This document shows positions 39,176 through 52,157 of a DNA stretch of 64,000 nt, one piece after another. Under the pieces are notes generated by a model, which was not told where the DNA came from, searched no databases, and saw only the letters and a list, made by a program, of their open reading frames with translations. Position 1 is the first letter of the stretch, and every line of letters starts with the position of its first letter. A program made the translations under genes and the position numbers. Source of the DNA: Octopus vulgaris (Eukaryota). Location of the stretch: positions 130,448,001 to 130,512,000 of the forward strand of contig OX597819.1 of the NCBI GenBank assembly GCA_951406725.2. The letters run 5' to 3'.

Positions 39176-39875
39176 GTTACGTACACTAGGGTTTCTTGGA
39201 GTCTTAGATGACAAGTGGGCACTTGGCGGAGATCAAAGGTTTCCGGGAAATACAAGCGCTTCCGCCAGTTATGCTACGCCTCCTTGAACACACCAAACAC
39301 AACAACCAGAACAAGAACTCTTTATTAACTAGCATTCACATTAAGTTCGCATTTTCTCCAATACACATCGACTTTCAAAGGATCGACTTTATGAGGTGAA
39401 ACAATAGAAACTGCAAAGACTACGGTGAGACAAACGAATTGACAAGCAATGAAACAAGCCTAAAACAAAGAGAGATCGCTAGAAAAATGGAAATATCGTT
39501 TTTATTCCTCGTCAAGTAATTATTTTTAATTAGTTCTTTAGTGCCGCAGAAATGAAGGGAGAAAGAAAGGAAGAAAGTGATGGCAGCGACGGCGACAACA
39601 ACGACGGCGGCGACGGGAATCATAGGAATAAAACAAATAAGAATAACTGATGAAATGGGAGCGAAAGCAACAAGTAATTAAAAGATGGAGAGACTGAAAC
39701 GATGTAAGAAGGAGAGAAGTCGTAAAGGGAGATAATAATAAAATAAGAAAGAAAGAGATAGAAAACGCGTATAAGATGTGAAGGTTTGCAAGATAGAAAA
39801 AAAACGGGGAAAAGTTGAAAAGACCAACAACAGCAAAACAAAAATATGTGCGTACGTGTACATATATCTATAAAT

Positions 39876-40094
39876 TGTGTGTATGTATATGTGTGTATGT
39901 GTGTGTGTGTGTGTGTGTAGGTGTGTGTGTGTGTGTATGTGTATGTATGTGTGTGTATGTGTATATGTGTGTATATGTGTGTGTATGTGTGTGTATGTGT
40001 GTATGTATGTGTATATGTATATGTGTCTATGTGTGTATGTACATGTGTGTGTATGTGTGTGTATGTGTGTGTGTGTGTATGTGTGTGTGTGTGT

Positions 40095-40132
<38 letters not shown>

Positions 40133-40400
40133 ATATGTGTGTGTATGTGTGTGTTTCTGTGTATGTGTATATGTGTGTGTATGTGTGTATGTGTGTATAT
40201 GTGTGTATGTATATGTGTGTATATGTGTGTGTATGTGTGTATATGTGTGTGTGTATGTGTGTGTATGTGTGTATGTATATGTGTGTGTATGTGTGTGTTT
40301 CTGTGTATGTGTATATGTGTGTGTATGTGTGTATGTGTGTATATGTGTGTATGTATATGTGTGTGCATGTGTGTGTGTATGTATCTGTGTGTGTGTGCGC
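39876..40400. repeat. (TG)/(TATG) compound microsatellite with internal duplication
   Basis: Seen directly; the gtgtttctgtgtatg anchor occurs twice. Confidence 0.9.
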
Positions 40401-40714
40401 GCAGTGTGTATATATTTGCGGCAATGATGGGGCAACGCCTTCAAGAATTGAATCGAACAAATCGGTTTCAGTACTTTCTTTTTTAAAAGTCACGTACTTA
40501 TTTTATCGGCCTCTTTACCGATTAGCTACCCTATGAGTACGTGCACAGATGGTTGTCGAGTGGTTAGAGTGAAGTACAAACAAAAGACACACAGACACAC
40601 ACGACGGGTTTTCACCTTGTTCCGTCAAACAAACTTCTTTCTTAACCACAGAACCATGTGTGTGTGTGTGTGTATGTTTGTATATGCACGTGGGTATATG
40701 TCTGTATATATACA

Positions 40715-40754
<40 letters not shown>

Positions 40755-40759
<5 letters not shown>

Positions 40760-41046
40760 GGAACAAGAACGCAAAACATTCAAATAGACGATACAAAAAA
40801 ACCGGACGGGTCATTCGAAGCCTCTAATCTTCAGTCAAGAACCGGATCATCCTCGCAATTTCGGTTGATTAATCTTGAGATTGCTCCAATCTGGCCAGCC
40901 CCAAGGAAAAACTAAGCTACGGGCATTATATTTCTTGGAAAAATGATCGAATGTATACGAAACAAGGACAGAAAAACGGACGATGTTACACGAATATAGA
41001 TACAAAAAAACAAAACAAAAAATAATACGAATATAAATACAAAAAC

Positions 41047-41050
<4 letters not shown>
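40755..41050 (-). mobile_element. Dispersed repeat carrying a scrambled hammerhead-like motif, copy 2
   Basis: Homologous to 1590-1950. Minus strand reads gcaat-C-tcaaga-ttaa-tcaacc-GAA-attgc-(14 nt)-tcttga-CTGAAGA-ttaga-ggct. Confidence 0.65.
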
Positions 41051-41092
<42 letters not shown>

Positions 41093-41102
41093 TATAATAT
41101 TT

Positions 41103-41280
41103 GCAGGGAACAAAAGACGAAGAGAGGTGTGAGCGAACAACAAGCAGGTGTATTTGTTTGACGCTCGGGAAGAATGGAAAAGTCTTCGACGTTTAGAGCT
41201 GACGCTCTTCAGCAGAAAGAGTTGAGAGAAAAAAAAGAATGGAGCCTGAAGGAAATAACGGAGAGAAAACAATGTCCTGG
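41103..41280 (-). mobile_element. PLE-type terminal repeat with minimal hammerhead (GAGC-stem family, divergent)
   Basis: tcttt-CTGCTGA-a-GAGC-gtca-GCTC-TAAAC-GTC-gaaga. Confidence 0.6.
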
Positions 41281-41394
41281 GATTAGCTGTTTAAGATGAT
41301 GAAATGACAGGAAGAAAGAGGCTGAGTGAAGAGGAGATAATAATGGTGACCCCGGCTGAACTAAGGTGCACAAGCATTTGTCTGTATGTAAGAA

Positions 41395-41457
<63 letters not shown>

Positions 41458-41619
41458 TGCAGAGGGGACGGATATACCACAAAAAAAGGAGTAAGTGAAA
41501 ATGTACGAAAGCAGTGGAATAGGAATGAAATAGGTTCGAATAAATGTGAACAGGAATAAAGGAATGAAAGTAAATGGAATAACAACAAAACTATAACCAT
41601 TAACAAACTTATGACAAGT

Positions 41620-41663
<44 letters not shown>

Positions 41664-41701
41664 TTACTACAACTACTAATACTACTATTACTACTACTAC
41701 A

Positions 41702-41733
<32 letters not shown>

Positions 41734-41773
41734 AACAACTACTACTACTACTACTATTACTACTACTACTACA

Positions 41774-41805
<32 letters not shown>

Positions 41806-41839
41806 AACAACAACTACTACTACTACTACTACTACTACA

Positions 41840-41883
<44 letters not shown>

Positions 41884-41902
41884 AACTACTACTACTACTA
41901 CT
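41620..41902. repeat. (CTA)n microsatellite
   Basis: Seen directly. Confidence 0.95.
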
Positions 41903-42197
41903 TGCCATTGAACGAGACCAGCACACTCAGCTTGTGAAAAATAGTCAGATCTTCGTGAAATTTCGCTCTGCTGTCTTAAGTTAGTTTGAGATATTTAAAT
42001 ATAGGAAAGTCATAACCTTAATCATATGTCTGCCTGGAACAAGGCCGGGATAGAGCTAAGCGATAAGAGCAGCAACTAATACTAATACTAACACGAACAC
42101 TAATGATTAAGGGTGACTGACACAGAATGGAGTGAGAAGAAATGAAAGCCAACAACCGACTTTACATTTGTGTATGCGTGTGTATCTCTTTCCCCAA

Positions 42198-42302
42198 TAC
42201 TCTTTTACTCTTTCATTTGTTTCAGTCATTTGACTGTGTCCATGCTGGAGCACCGCCTTTAGTCGAGCAAATCGACCCCAGGACTTATTCTTCGTAAGCC
42301 TA
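42198..42302 (-). mobile_element. SINE family A 3' tail only
   Basis: Matches the family A tail. Confidence 0.8.
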
Positions 42303-42369
<67 letters not shown>

Positions 42370-42372
42370 GGC

Positions 42373-42470
<98 letters not shown>

Positions 42471-42477
42471 ATTGATA

Positions 42478-42635
42478 GTCTGTCTTTACATTCTGAGTTC
42501 AAATTCTGCCAAGGTTGACTTTGCCTTTCATCCTTTCGGGGTCGATAAATTAAGTACCAGTTGCATACTGCAGTCAATCTAATCGACTGACCCCTTCCTC
42601 AATAATTCCTGGCCTTGTGCTTAGAGTAGAATAGG
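42478..42635 (+). mobile_element. SINE family B, 5'-truncated, alternative tail
   Basis: ttctgagttcaaattc..gactttgcctttcatcctttcggggtcgataaattaagtaccag. Confidence 0.8.
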
Positions 42636-42763
42636 ATATCATTTACTATCAAAGCTAGCAAGGGCACAGAATAATCTAATCCTTTAGTGGGGATGGTCAT
42701 GACTAGAACAACTTTTGATTGGGGCTGACATAAATCTAAATGACATTACAACAAACTCATCAA

Positions 42764-42921
42764 TAGGAGTGGCTGTGTGGTAAGTAGCTTGTTTACAAAC
42801 CACATGGTTCCGGGTTCAGTCCCACTGCGTGGGACCTTGGGCAATTGTCTTCTACTGTAGCCTCGGGCCGACCAAAGCCTTGTGAGTGGGTTTGGTAGAC
42901 GGAAACTAAAAGAAGCCCGTC

Positions 42922-42964
<43 letters not shown>

Positions 42965-43157
42965 CGTGTATGTTTGTGTGTCTGTGTTTGTCCCCGTAGC
43001 ATTGATTGACAACTGATGCTGGTGTGTTTATGTCCCCGTCACCTAGCGGTTCGGCAAAATAGACCGATAGAACAAGTACTGGGCTTACAAAGAATAAGTC
43101 TCGGGGTCGAGTTGCTCGATTAAAGGCGGTGCTCCAGCATGGCCGCAGTCAAATGAC
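42764..43157 (+). mobile_element. SINE family A, full length
   Basis: Matches 8209-8618. Confidence 0.9.
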
Positions 43158-43559
43158 TGAAACAAGTAAAAGAGTAATAATAATAATAAAACCCATGGAA
43201 AATGATGCTGAATCAGTAAGGGAGAAGTCTGCGATGAAGATGCTGATGATGACGATGGCGATGAAGGCGAGGAAGGCGACAACGAACATAATGACGAAGA
43301 CGACGATGGAGAGGATGCTGATGATGATGGCGGCGACGGTGACAACGAAGACAACAAGACAACGGTGACGAAGATGCTGATGATGAGGGTGGCGGCGTCG
43401 ACAGAACCGATGTGTGATCAAGCACCATAGTATTGCTGCTGTTGTTACTACTGCTGCTGTTTGTTCCGTTGATGCTGCTGCTGCTGCTGCTGCTCTTGCT
43501 GCTGCTGCTGTTGCGCCAGTCTATTTCTCCGCGATCGTACCGTAGTTGAAAGTTACACG

Positions 43560-43880
43560 TCATCAATAAGAAATAATGTGATCACCTTAAAACAGTCCCC
43601 CTCCCCTTAATCGACGTCTGAAGTTCAGCTTCCCCACCAGCGCCGCCACCTCGTCACCAAATATGGTGGTCGGGGCGAGAGAGGGAGTAAGGGAGTGAAG
43701 GAGAGTCAACATAAAATTGCGATCAAACATGGCGGCCGTTTGTTCTGCTCTGCGGCGTCGCACATTGCTCGCCTCGGTTGCTTTGCTGTGTAACGTCTAA
43801 CGTCTCACCACTCGCTCGCTGATCGGTCTCGTGAGAACTGCGAACGATGACTGACGAACATTCGCCTGTCTGGTGGATCT
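43560..43880. promoter_or_regulatory. CpG-rich unique island with CArG box and YY1-like motif (candidate promoter/enhancer)
   Basis: CCAAATATGG at about 43657, AACATGGCGGC at about 43726 and TCTCGTGAGA at about 43827; many CpGs relative to the surroundings. Confidence 0.35.
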
Positions 43881-44016
43881 GGTGGTAGGAGTGGCTGAGA
43901 AGGGAGAGAGAGAGAGAAGGGTGGAGGGGGTAGTGCGGGATAGGGATAGAAAAAGGAGATGGAGATGGAGATGAGGATGAAGAGATATAAAACGGATCTG
44001 ATGGTGGGAGTGGCTG

Positions 44017-44056
<40 letters not shown>

Positions 44057-44442
44057 GGAGAAAGAGTAAGTGAAGAGATGGAGAGAGATTTTAAAACAGA
44101 TTTACAGATAGAGAATAGAGTTGACAGAGAGTTTGGAAAACGACAAAGAATTGGCTGATAGAGAGAAAGACATCGTGTGAGAGTGAGAGAGTGAGAGAGT
44201 GATCGTCAGTGAGAGAGAGAGAGAGAAAGAATGAATGTGAGTTAGGTATGAAGTTGGCAAGGTATGTGAAAGGAAGACAATGATATAATGAAATAAATGT
44301 ATAAAATGTGGTTGAGGGAGAGAGAGAGGGAGAGGTAGAGGGGGAGAGAAATTGGGAAGGGAGGGACGGGGGGGAGATACAGACAAATTGAGATTTAATG
44401 ATGGAAGAACAGAAAAGGAAGGATTGTGATGTTGAGGAGAGC

Positions 44443-44491
<49 letters not shown>

Positions 44492-44684
44492 CAGAATGAT
44501 GCAGGGATTAAGAGAGAAAGGAGAGAGGGAGAGGGTGAGAAAGCGGCGGCGGCATGCAAATACAGAAGTATTCAGAGGCAGAAAATGATACTGAGAAATG
44601 GAGATGTAAGTGTCGTGAGATCTAAACCGAGGTGGAGACAAAGATATAAAAAATAGCACTTTCGTTCACACAGACACACAGACA

Positions 44685-44727
<43 letters not shown>

Positions 44728-44749
44728 ACACATATACATATACATAAAT

Positions 44750-45158
44750 TACTTGTTTCAGTCATTTGACTGTGGCCATGCTGGAGCACCGCCTTTTAGT
44801 CGATCAAATCGACTCCAGGACTTATTCTTTGGAAGCCTAGTACTTATTCTATCGGTCACTTTTCCTGAACTGTTAAGTTATGGGGACTTAAACACACCAG
44901 CATCGGTTGTCAAGCGATGTTGGGGGGACAAACACAGACACACAAGCATATACACACACATACACACACACATATATACATATATATACATATATACGAC
45001 AGGCTTCTTTCAGTTTCCGTCTACCAAATCCACTCACAAGGCTTTCGTCGGCCCGAGGCTATAGTAGAAGATACTTGCCCAAGGTGCCACACTGTGACTG
45101 AACCCAGAACCATGTGGCTGGTAAGCAAGCTACTTACTACACACCCACTCCTGTACCT
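44750..45158 (-). mobile_element. SINE family A, full length
   Basis: Reverse complement of family A. Confidence 0.88.
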
Positions 45159-45459
45159 ATGTATGTTTCTATGTATGTATGCATGTATGTATGTTATAAC
45201 ATATTTTATGCTAGAAATAGCAGCCAAAATCAATCAGTTCACACCCAAACCTTTGAAAGGAAATGAAGTAAAGATCATGTTGTGCAGTGTATAGCCCGAA
45301 ACGTAAAATGATGGGTCACTCGCGGCTGGAGATCTACGATCATAAATCCGCTGGATCAAAAATGACCTGGGGTTAAACAGCAATAAGAAAAATAAGAATC
45401 CTCCTAAATGAAGGTAGAAGGGTGAGTGCGTGCGTTCGCGCGCGTGTGTGTGTGCGTGT

Positions 45460-45538
45460 GTATGTGTTTGTGGGCATGTGGGGGGGGGGGGGGTTACTTG
45501 TGTATGTGTATGTGTTCGTGTATTCGTTTCTCTGTGTT

Positions 45539-45575
<37 letters not shown>

Positions 45576-45622
45576 GTTTGTGAGCGTGTGTGGATGCTTG
45601 TATATATGTGTTCGTTTATTCG

Positions 45623-45659
<37 letters not shown>

Positions 45660-45960
45660 TTGTGGGCGTGTGTGGGAGCTTGTGTATATGTGTATGCGTT
45701 CGTGTATACCTTTCTCTCTGTATGTGTGTGTGCGTGTATGTGTGTGTGTGCGTGTGTGTGTGTATATGTGTTTGTGGGCGTGTGTGGGAGCTTGTGTATA
45801 TGTGTATGCGTTCGTGTATTCCTTTCTCTCTGTATGTGTGTGTGCGTGTATGTGTGTGTGTGCGTGTGTGTGTGTATATGTGTTTGTGGGCGTGTGTGGG
45901 AGCTTGTGTATATGCGTATGTGTTCGTGCATTCGTTTCTCTCTGTATGTGTGTGTGTGTG
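45460..45960. repeat. Minisatellite of about 112-bp period built from TG microsatellite
   Basis: The anchor gtgggagcttg recurs at 45672, 45784 and 45896. Confidence 0.85.
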
Positions 45961-46172
45961 AAAGAGAAATTATTTCGTGACAAGAGGAAAAGAGAAGGCT
46001 AAGGCGAAGAGGGAAGGTAAGAGAAATGTTACTATTGTTGCCATGGAGCCCGAGATCAATCTTGTCTGAGCGGATCTATGATCAAAAAGCGTTCTAGCCA
46101 TGATCATCGCGTCTTACTTCCAGACTAGCGTTCCCCATACTGTATCATACATATACGTCTATTTTCTGACAG

Positions 46173-46587
46173 ATGGCGAGCTGGCAGAAACGTTAGCACG
46201 CCGGGCGAAATGCGTAGCGGTATTTCGTCTCTCTTTACATTCTGAGTTCAAATTCCGCCGAGGTCGACTTTGCCTTTCATCCTTTCGGGGTCGATAAATT
46301 AAGTACCATTTACGCAATGGGGTCGATGTAATCGACTTAATTCGTTTGTCTGTCCTTGTTTGTCCCCTCTGTGTTTAGCCCCTTGTGGGTAGTAAAGAAA
46401 TAGATATTTCGTCTGCCGTTACGTTCTGAGTTCAAATTCCACCGAGGTCGACTTTGCCTTTCATCCTTTCGGGGTCGATAAATTAAGTAGCAGTTACGCA
46501 CTGGAGTTGATATAATCGACTTAATCCGTTTGTCTGTCCTTGTTTGTCCTATTTGTGTTTAGCCCCTTGTGGGCAATAATGAAACAT
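46173..46587 (+). mobile_element. SINE family B dimer
   Basis: Two head-to-tail units. Confidence 0.88.
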
Positions 46588-47006
46588 ATTTTCTGGTAGA
46601 TGCATTGCTGCTATTTCTAGCAGCTCGAATAGTCACATAGATGCTCCTTGGCTTTTGTTGGCTGATATAAAAGAGTTAATTTTATAACAGTGGTTGGTAG
46701 TGGTGGTGGTGGTGGTGGTGGTGGTAGTGATGGTGGTGGTGGTGGTGGTGGTGGTGGTGATGTTAGTGACGGCGGTGGAGGTGGCGGTGGTAGCGGCGGA
46801 GGCAGCGTTGCTGCTACAGGTGATGATGATGATGATGATGACGATGATGATGATGATGATGACGATGATGATGATGAGGAGGAGGAGGAGGAGGAGGAGG
46901 AGATGTGGACTACGATGGCGACCAATCGATCCATTGTAATCTGCTAGAATAACAGAAATAGTAACTAACGTAGATATAGGTCAAGTATACACTAAATATA
47001 TACAGA

Positions 47007-47076
<70 letters not shown>

Positions 47077-47293
47077 GCCGAGAGTTTCAAAAGAACTCAA
47101 AAAGTTTTTAGAGCATGATAAAATTCATTCTCCTGAGAGCAGATATTCTGGGTAGTTCCTTTACCATTATTGGAACCGCATTCTTCACAGTATACGTATT
47201 TCTCGTATACACAAACACACACACGCCCCCTCAAACATCAATAAAATCTAGCTATGTAGTATAGATTTACGTGTGGGGTGGGGGCTCGTATGT

Positions 47294-47343
<50 letters not shown>

Positions 47344-47350
47344 ACATATA

Positions 47351-47522
47351 CAGTGCTTGATAAAATGAAGTAGCATGAAACGATTGTACTATTCTACCTT
47401 GGATATCCTTGTTGCTTATTTTGATTATAATCACCCCATTTGATTCATATGGATAATACCATACAAAGTTCTGGTGCCTTTAACTTAAGTACCATATTCA
47501 TCTGAATCTAAATTTTGTTGAA
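47351..47522 (+). mobile_element. PLE-type terminus with U3-A8 hammerhead-like motif
   Basis: agtgc-TTGATAA-a-ATG-aagtag-CAT-GAAAC-GATT-gtact; homologous to 24020-24192. Confidence 0.6.
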
Positions 47523-47884
47523 TATATATACATATAGGTATGTATGTATGTACATGTGTGTATATGTATGTATAGGTAGGTAGATATACTTGCATACACG
47601 TGTACATTCACACACATACATATATAAATGTAGAAGATATATATATACATACGTGACTGTGAGTTAAGAAATTTGCTTCCCAATCACGTAGTTGCGGGTT
47701 CAGTCCCACTACATGGCAGTTAGGGCAAGTGGCTTCTATGACAGCACCGGTTGACGGAAATAGAAACAAGTATGTCGTATATTGGCTCATATACGTGCGT
47801 ACGTGTGTGTGCGTGCGTACGTGTGTGTGCGTGTATATATGTGTGTGTTTCTTATGTGATCTCTTGAGCACCACCAGCAAAAAT

Positions 47885-48064
47885 ATTTTTTTCCTCTGTC
47901 TTCCCTTCTCTGGATCTTTCCTTCTCCTTTGTTTCCGACGAAGAGCTCCGCTCGAAACATTAAACCCTCCTTCCCTTCTTTCCTGAGCGTCAAATAATAC
48001 TTTAATTGTTCCACGTCCTCGCGTTACTGTGTTTTTTTTTCTGTGTTTTCTTGTTTGGATTAAC

Positions 48065-48066
<2 letters not shown>
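47885..48066 (+). mobile_element. PLE-type terminus with minimal hammerhead, inserted into a SINE A (47650-48350)
   Basis: gttt-CCGACGA-a-GAGC-tcc-GCTC-GAAAC-ATT-aaac. A SINE A head lies at 47650-47780 and its tail at 48135-48350. Confidence 0.6.
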
Positions 48067-48125
<59 letters not shown>

Positions 48126-48359
48126 ACATATATTGGTGTGTCTGTGTTTGTTCCCCACCATCACTTGACAACCAGTGTTGGTGTGTTTACGTTCCTCTAA
48201 CTTAGAGCTTCCTTAAAAGAAACCAATAGAAAAAGTACCAGGCATATAAAAAGTAAGGACTGGGATCAATACATTCGTCTGAAAATTCTTCAAGGCGGTG
48301 CCCCAGCATGGCCACAGTCTAATGCCTGAGACAAGTAAAAGATAAAAGATATATATATA

Positions 48360-48720
48360 TCCTTAAATCCTTAGATCCTTAAAAATGTTTCAGCCCGAAG
48401 GCTGCGGCCATGCTGGGGCACCACCGTTGAATGACCTACACTAGTATGTGAAACTACCTCTGATACGTGGCACTTGATCAACAAGGGAGTTCGACGCCGC
48501 TGCCCGCATCTGTGTTTCCTGCCGAGAGGTAGGTTCATCTGGAACCCCTGACAAGAAGAGATCCAGTTTAGTTTTAAAGAAACCCACATCCACACCATGC
48601 AGGTCTCCCAGGCATTTAAGAAGGATATTGAAGAGCTGTGGTCCCCTGAAACCCAAGCTGTTGCAGTATCTGGTCCTGTATTTTGATGGTGATGTTGGGA
48701 TATTTGGCACCATGCAGTGG
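48360..48720 (-). mobile_element. CR1-group LINE 3' end (same group as 32325-32710)
   Basis: HCMVPNIP...[20 protein letters not shown]...[21 protein letters not shown]...SNSL, then a 3' UTR ggtggtgccccagcatggccgcagccttcgggctgaaac. Confidence 0.88.
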
Positions 48721-48739
48721 AGCCATATATATACATATA

Positions 48740-48780
<41 letters not shown>

Positions 48781-49025
48781 CACACTCATATATATATATT
48801 GATATATAAATATATATATATGTGTGTGTGTATATGTGTGTGTGTGCGTGTAAATATATATATATATATGTGTGTGTGTGCATGCGTATGCGTTTGTATA
48901 TATATATATATATATATTTAATATATATATGAATACATACGCACACACACACACATACAAACATACACGCCTCTGTTTCACTGTCTCAGTCACTTTCTCT
49001 CCCTCTCTTTACAGCCACACACACA

Positions 49026-49069
<44 letters not shown>

Positions 49070-49789
49070 TTGCCACTTTCCTCTTCAGACGCAAAGACGC
49101 ATACGCAGAAACAGACACGCACGCACACATACGCACACACGCACGCACGCGCATACACACACAAACATATGTTTAAGTCCATTGATATCGACATCCAGTG
49201 TCAAGCTCAACCTAATTAGCCAAAGAAAACAAAGTTTTTGGATTTGACTTAAGCTGATTAGCAGATGAAGTATAACTCCGTCTCTTGTGTATTAATGTGT
49301 GTATTTGTGTATACGATCGTATCTGTGTGTGTGTGTGTGCGCGAACGCGTATGTGTGTGTAAATGAAGCTGTGAGTGCGTATCTGTATGTGCCAGTGTGT
49401 GCTTATGTGTATATCTGTTTGTAGTGTGTTTGCGACGATGTGTTCACGTTAGCAATATGTATACACCCCTCTCTCCTTCTCTCTCTTTCTCTCTTTTTCC
49501 CTTTCTCTCTCTATCTCTCTATCTCCTTTTCTCTCTCCCTCTCTTTCTCACTCTCTCTCTCTTTGTCTTTCTCTCTGACTATCTCTCTTATTCTCATTCT
49601 CGCTTTCTTTCCATCTTTCAAATGAATAAGTACATAGATAAATACATATATGTATACACATACATATATGCAAATATACATACATAGATTTGAGTAAATT
49701 AATAAAAAATTCTTTAAAAGCATTAAACTCGTAACTTGTTCTCTAAACAAACTTTGTCTCACAAAACAGTTGAGTAACGCGTTCACCAG

Positions 49790-50075
49790 CCCAAATTAAT
49801 CACCAAATTCACTGAAAGATCTTTCAAATTCAGATTCTAACAGCAAAGCTATTCTTTCAGAAATATCAAGAGTAGAGATGCTACCAAATTGTCTAAATAT
49901 ATATGGTCACTAAAAGAGTAGTAGTTCATTAACTATAAGAAAAAATTGAAAATTAGAGACTGCACCAATGCATACTTACAGAATAGCAATTGTGTTTCGT
50001 GCACATCGAGGAATATAGCTACACTAATTTCAACCTTAAAATTAAGATCGGAGCTCATTTTCTGTGTGCGCAAAA
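49790..50075 (+). pseudogene. Penelope-like GIY-YIG endonuclease fragment (degenerate)
   Basis: TERSFKFRF...SFRNIKSRDATKLSKYIWSLKE...LRSEL fits the FK.R...SF.....T.LS.YIW.LK signature. Confidence 0.65.
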
Positions 50076-50570
50076 CTCAAATACCCATTGATATATAAGC
50101 AAGCTAGTAATTATACTTACTTGCATACATACATACATACATACATACATACATACATACATACATACATACATACATGCATGCATGCATGCATACATAC
50201 ATACATACATACATACATACATACGTTACATACATACACGCACAGTCACACGCACACGTACAAATATACATACATGCATGCATACATACATACATACATG
50301 CATACGTTACATACATACACACACAGTCACACGCACACGTACAAATATACATACATGCATGCATGCATGCATGCATACATACATCATACATACATACATA
50401 CATACATACATAAATACATACATTCATACATACATACATACATACATAAATACATACATTCATACATACATACATACATTCATACATACACACACAGTCA
50501 CACGCACACGTACAAATATACATACATACATACATACATACATACATACATACATACATACATACATACA

Positions 50571-50601
<31 letters not shown>

Positions 50602-50847
50602 GTATTTGTTTCACGTATCCACGTATTTCAACCGCCTACTTACACATCCTTAACTCTACACACAAGTTCTGCACGCTCGCCGAACCGACCAGAAATAGTA
50701 GCCAGGTGGCCATCAAACATCAACCCTACAGAAGAAAAGACATAGGATATGAAGCTTTATTTACGACATATAAGAATACAAAATAATCAAAACGGGAACG
50801 ATTTAATAAGGGCTAACCGCATTCGCTTAACTACACAAATCAACTAA

Positions 50848-50904
<57 letters not shown>

Positions 50905-50905
50905 G

Positions 50906-51092
50906 TCGCCATGATAGATCGTTAGCCACTACACACATTTTTTTCTCTCCTTGTTTTTTCTGTGTCCCTTTCTGTAGAAGAGCGTAGGCTCGAAACGTAA
51001 AAGACTTTTTCCATTCCTGAGCGTTATACTAATACATCTGTTTGTTTTGTACACCACCTGTCTTCGTCTTTTGCTTTTTTTTTCGTAAACTC
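50906..51092 (+). mobile_element. PLE-type terminal repeat with minimal hammerhead (GAGC-stem family)
   Basis: cttt-CTGTAGA-a-GAGC-gtag-GCTC-GAAAC-GTA-aaag at 50968-51003. Confidence 0.72.
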
Positions 51093-51110
51093 TCTCTCTC
51101 TCTCTCTCTC

Positions 51111-51172
<62 letters not shown>

Positions 51173-51244
51173 TGTTTATACATAATGGGAGTAATCATAG
51201 AGAAGGTATCGGCAGAGTGATTTTAACAAGGATCAGAAATACAT

Positions 51245-51640
51245 TTTTTCTACTCTAGGCAAAAGGATCGAAATTTGTTTGGAGTGGGAGGCAGGCGATC
51301 AGATCGACCCATGTACGCAACTGGTACTTAATTTATCGACCCCGAAAGGATGAAAGGTAAAGTCGACCTTGGCGGAATTTTGACTCAGAACGTAGCAGCA
51401 GACGAAATACCTATTTCTTTACTACCTACAAGAAGCTAAACACAGAGGGGACAAACAAGGACAGACAAACGGATTAAGTCGATTATATCGACCCCAGTGC
51501 GTAACTGGTACTTATTTAATCGACCCCAAAAGGATGAAAGGCAAAGTCGACCTCGGCGGAATTTGAACTCAGAACATAAAGACAGATGAAATACGGCTAA
51601 GCATTTCACACGGCGTGCAAACATTTCTGCCAGCTCGCCG
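51245..51640 (-). mobile_element. SINE family B dimer with alternative tail
   Basis: Reverse complement of the 19652-20050 arrangement. Confidence 0.85.
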
Positions 51641-51929
51641 TCTTTTGGATCATAAATATATTAGCGATAAAGAAGGTTTAATGGACACAAGGCAAGTGCT
51701 TGTTATATATATAAAATATCTTTTATTCTATTTCGCTGCATGAGAGAAAGCGATAACTGTTGAAACATTTCAACCCGAAAAGGTAAGCGTTCAGAATCAA
51801 ACCACCTTGCAACATCAGAATAAACTTTACACTTTAGACTCTAAACTAAAATGTTGATTAAGCTCAACATTAATCTAGAAATTACTTATCTAATACATCG
51901 TTTAAATTTTTTTCTTTTTTTGTTTCCTA

Positions 51930-52102
51930 TAGGCGCAGGAGTGGCTGTGTGGTAAGAAGCTTGCTAACCAACCACATGGTTCCGGGTTCAGTCCCACTGC
52001 GTGGCATCTTGGGCAAGTGTCTTCTGCTATAGCCCCGGGCCGACCAATGCCTTGTGAGTGGATTTGGTAGACGGAAACTGAAGGAATCTTGTCGTATATA
52101 TG

Positions 52103-52157
<55 letters not shown>

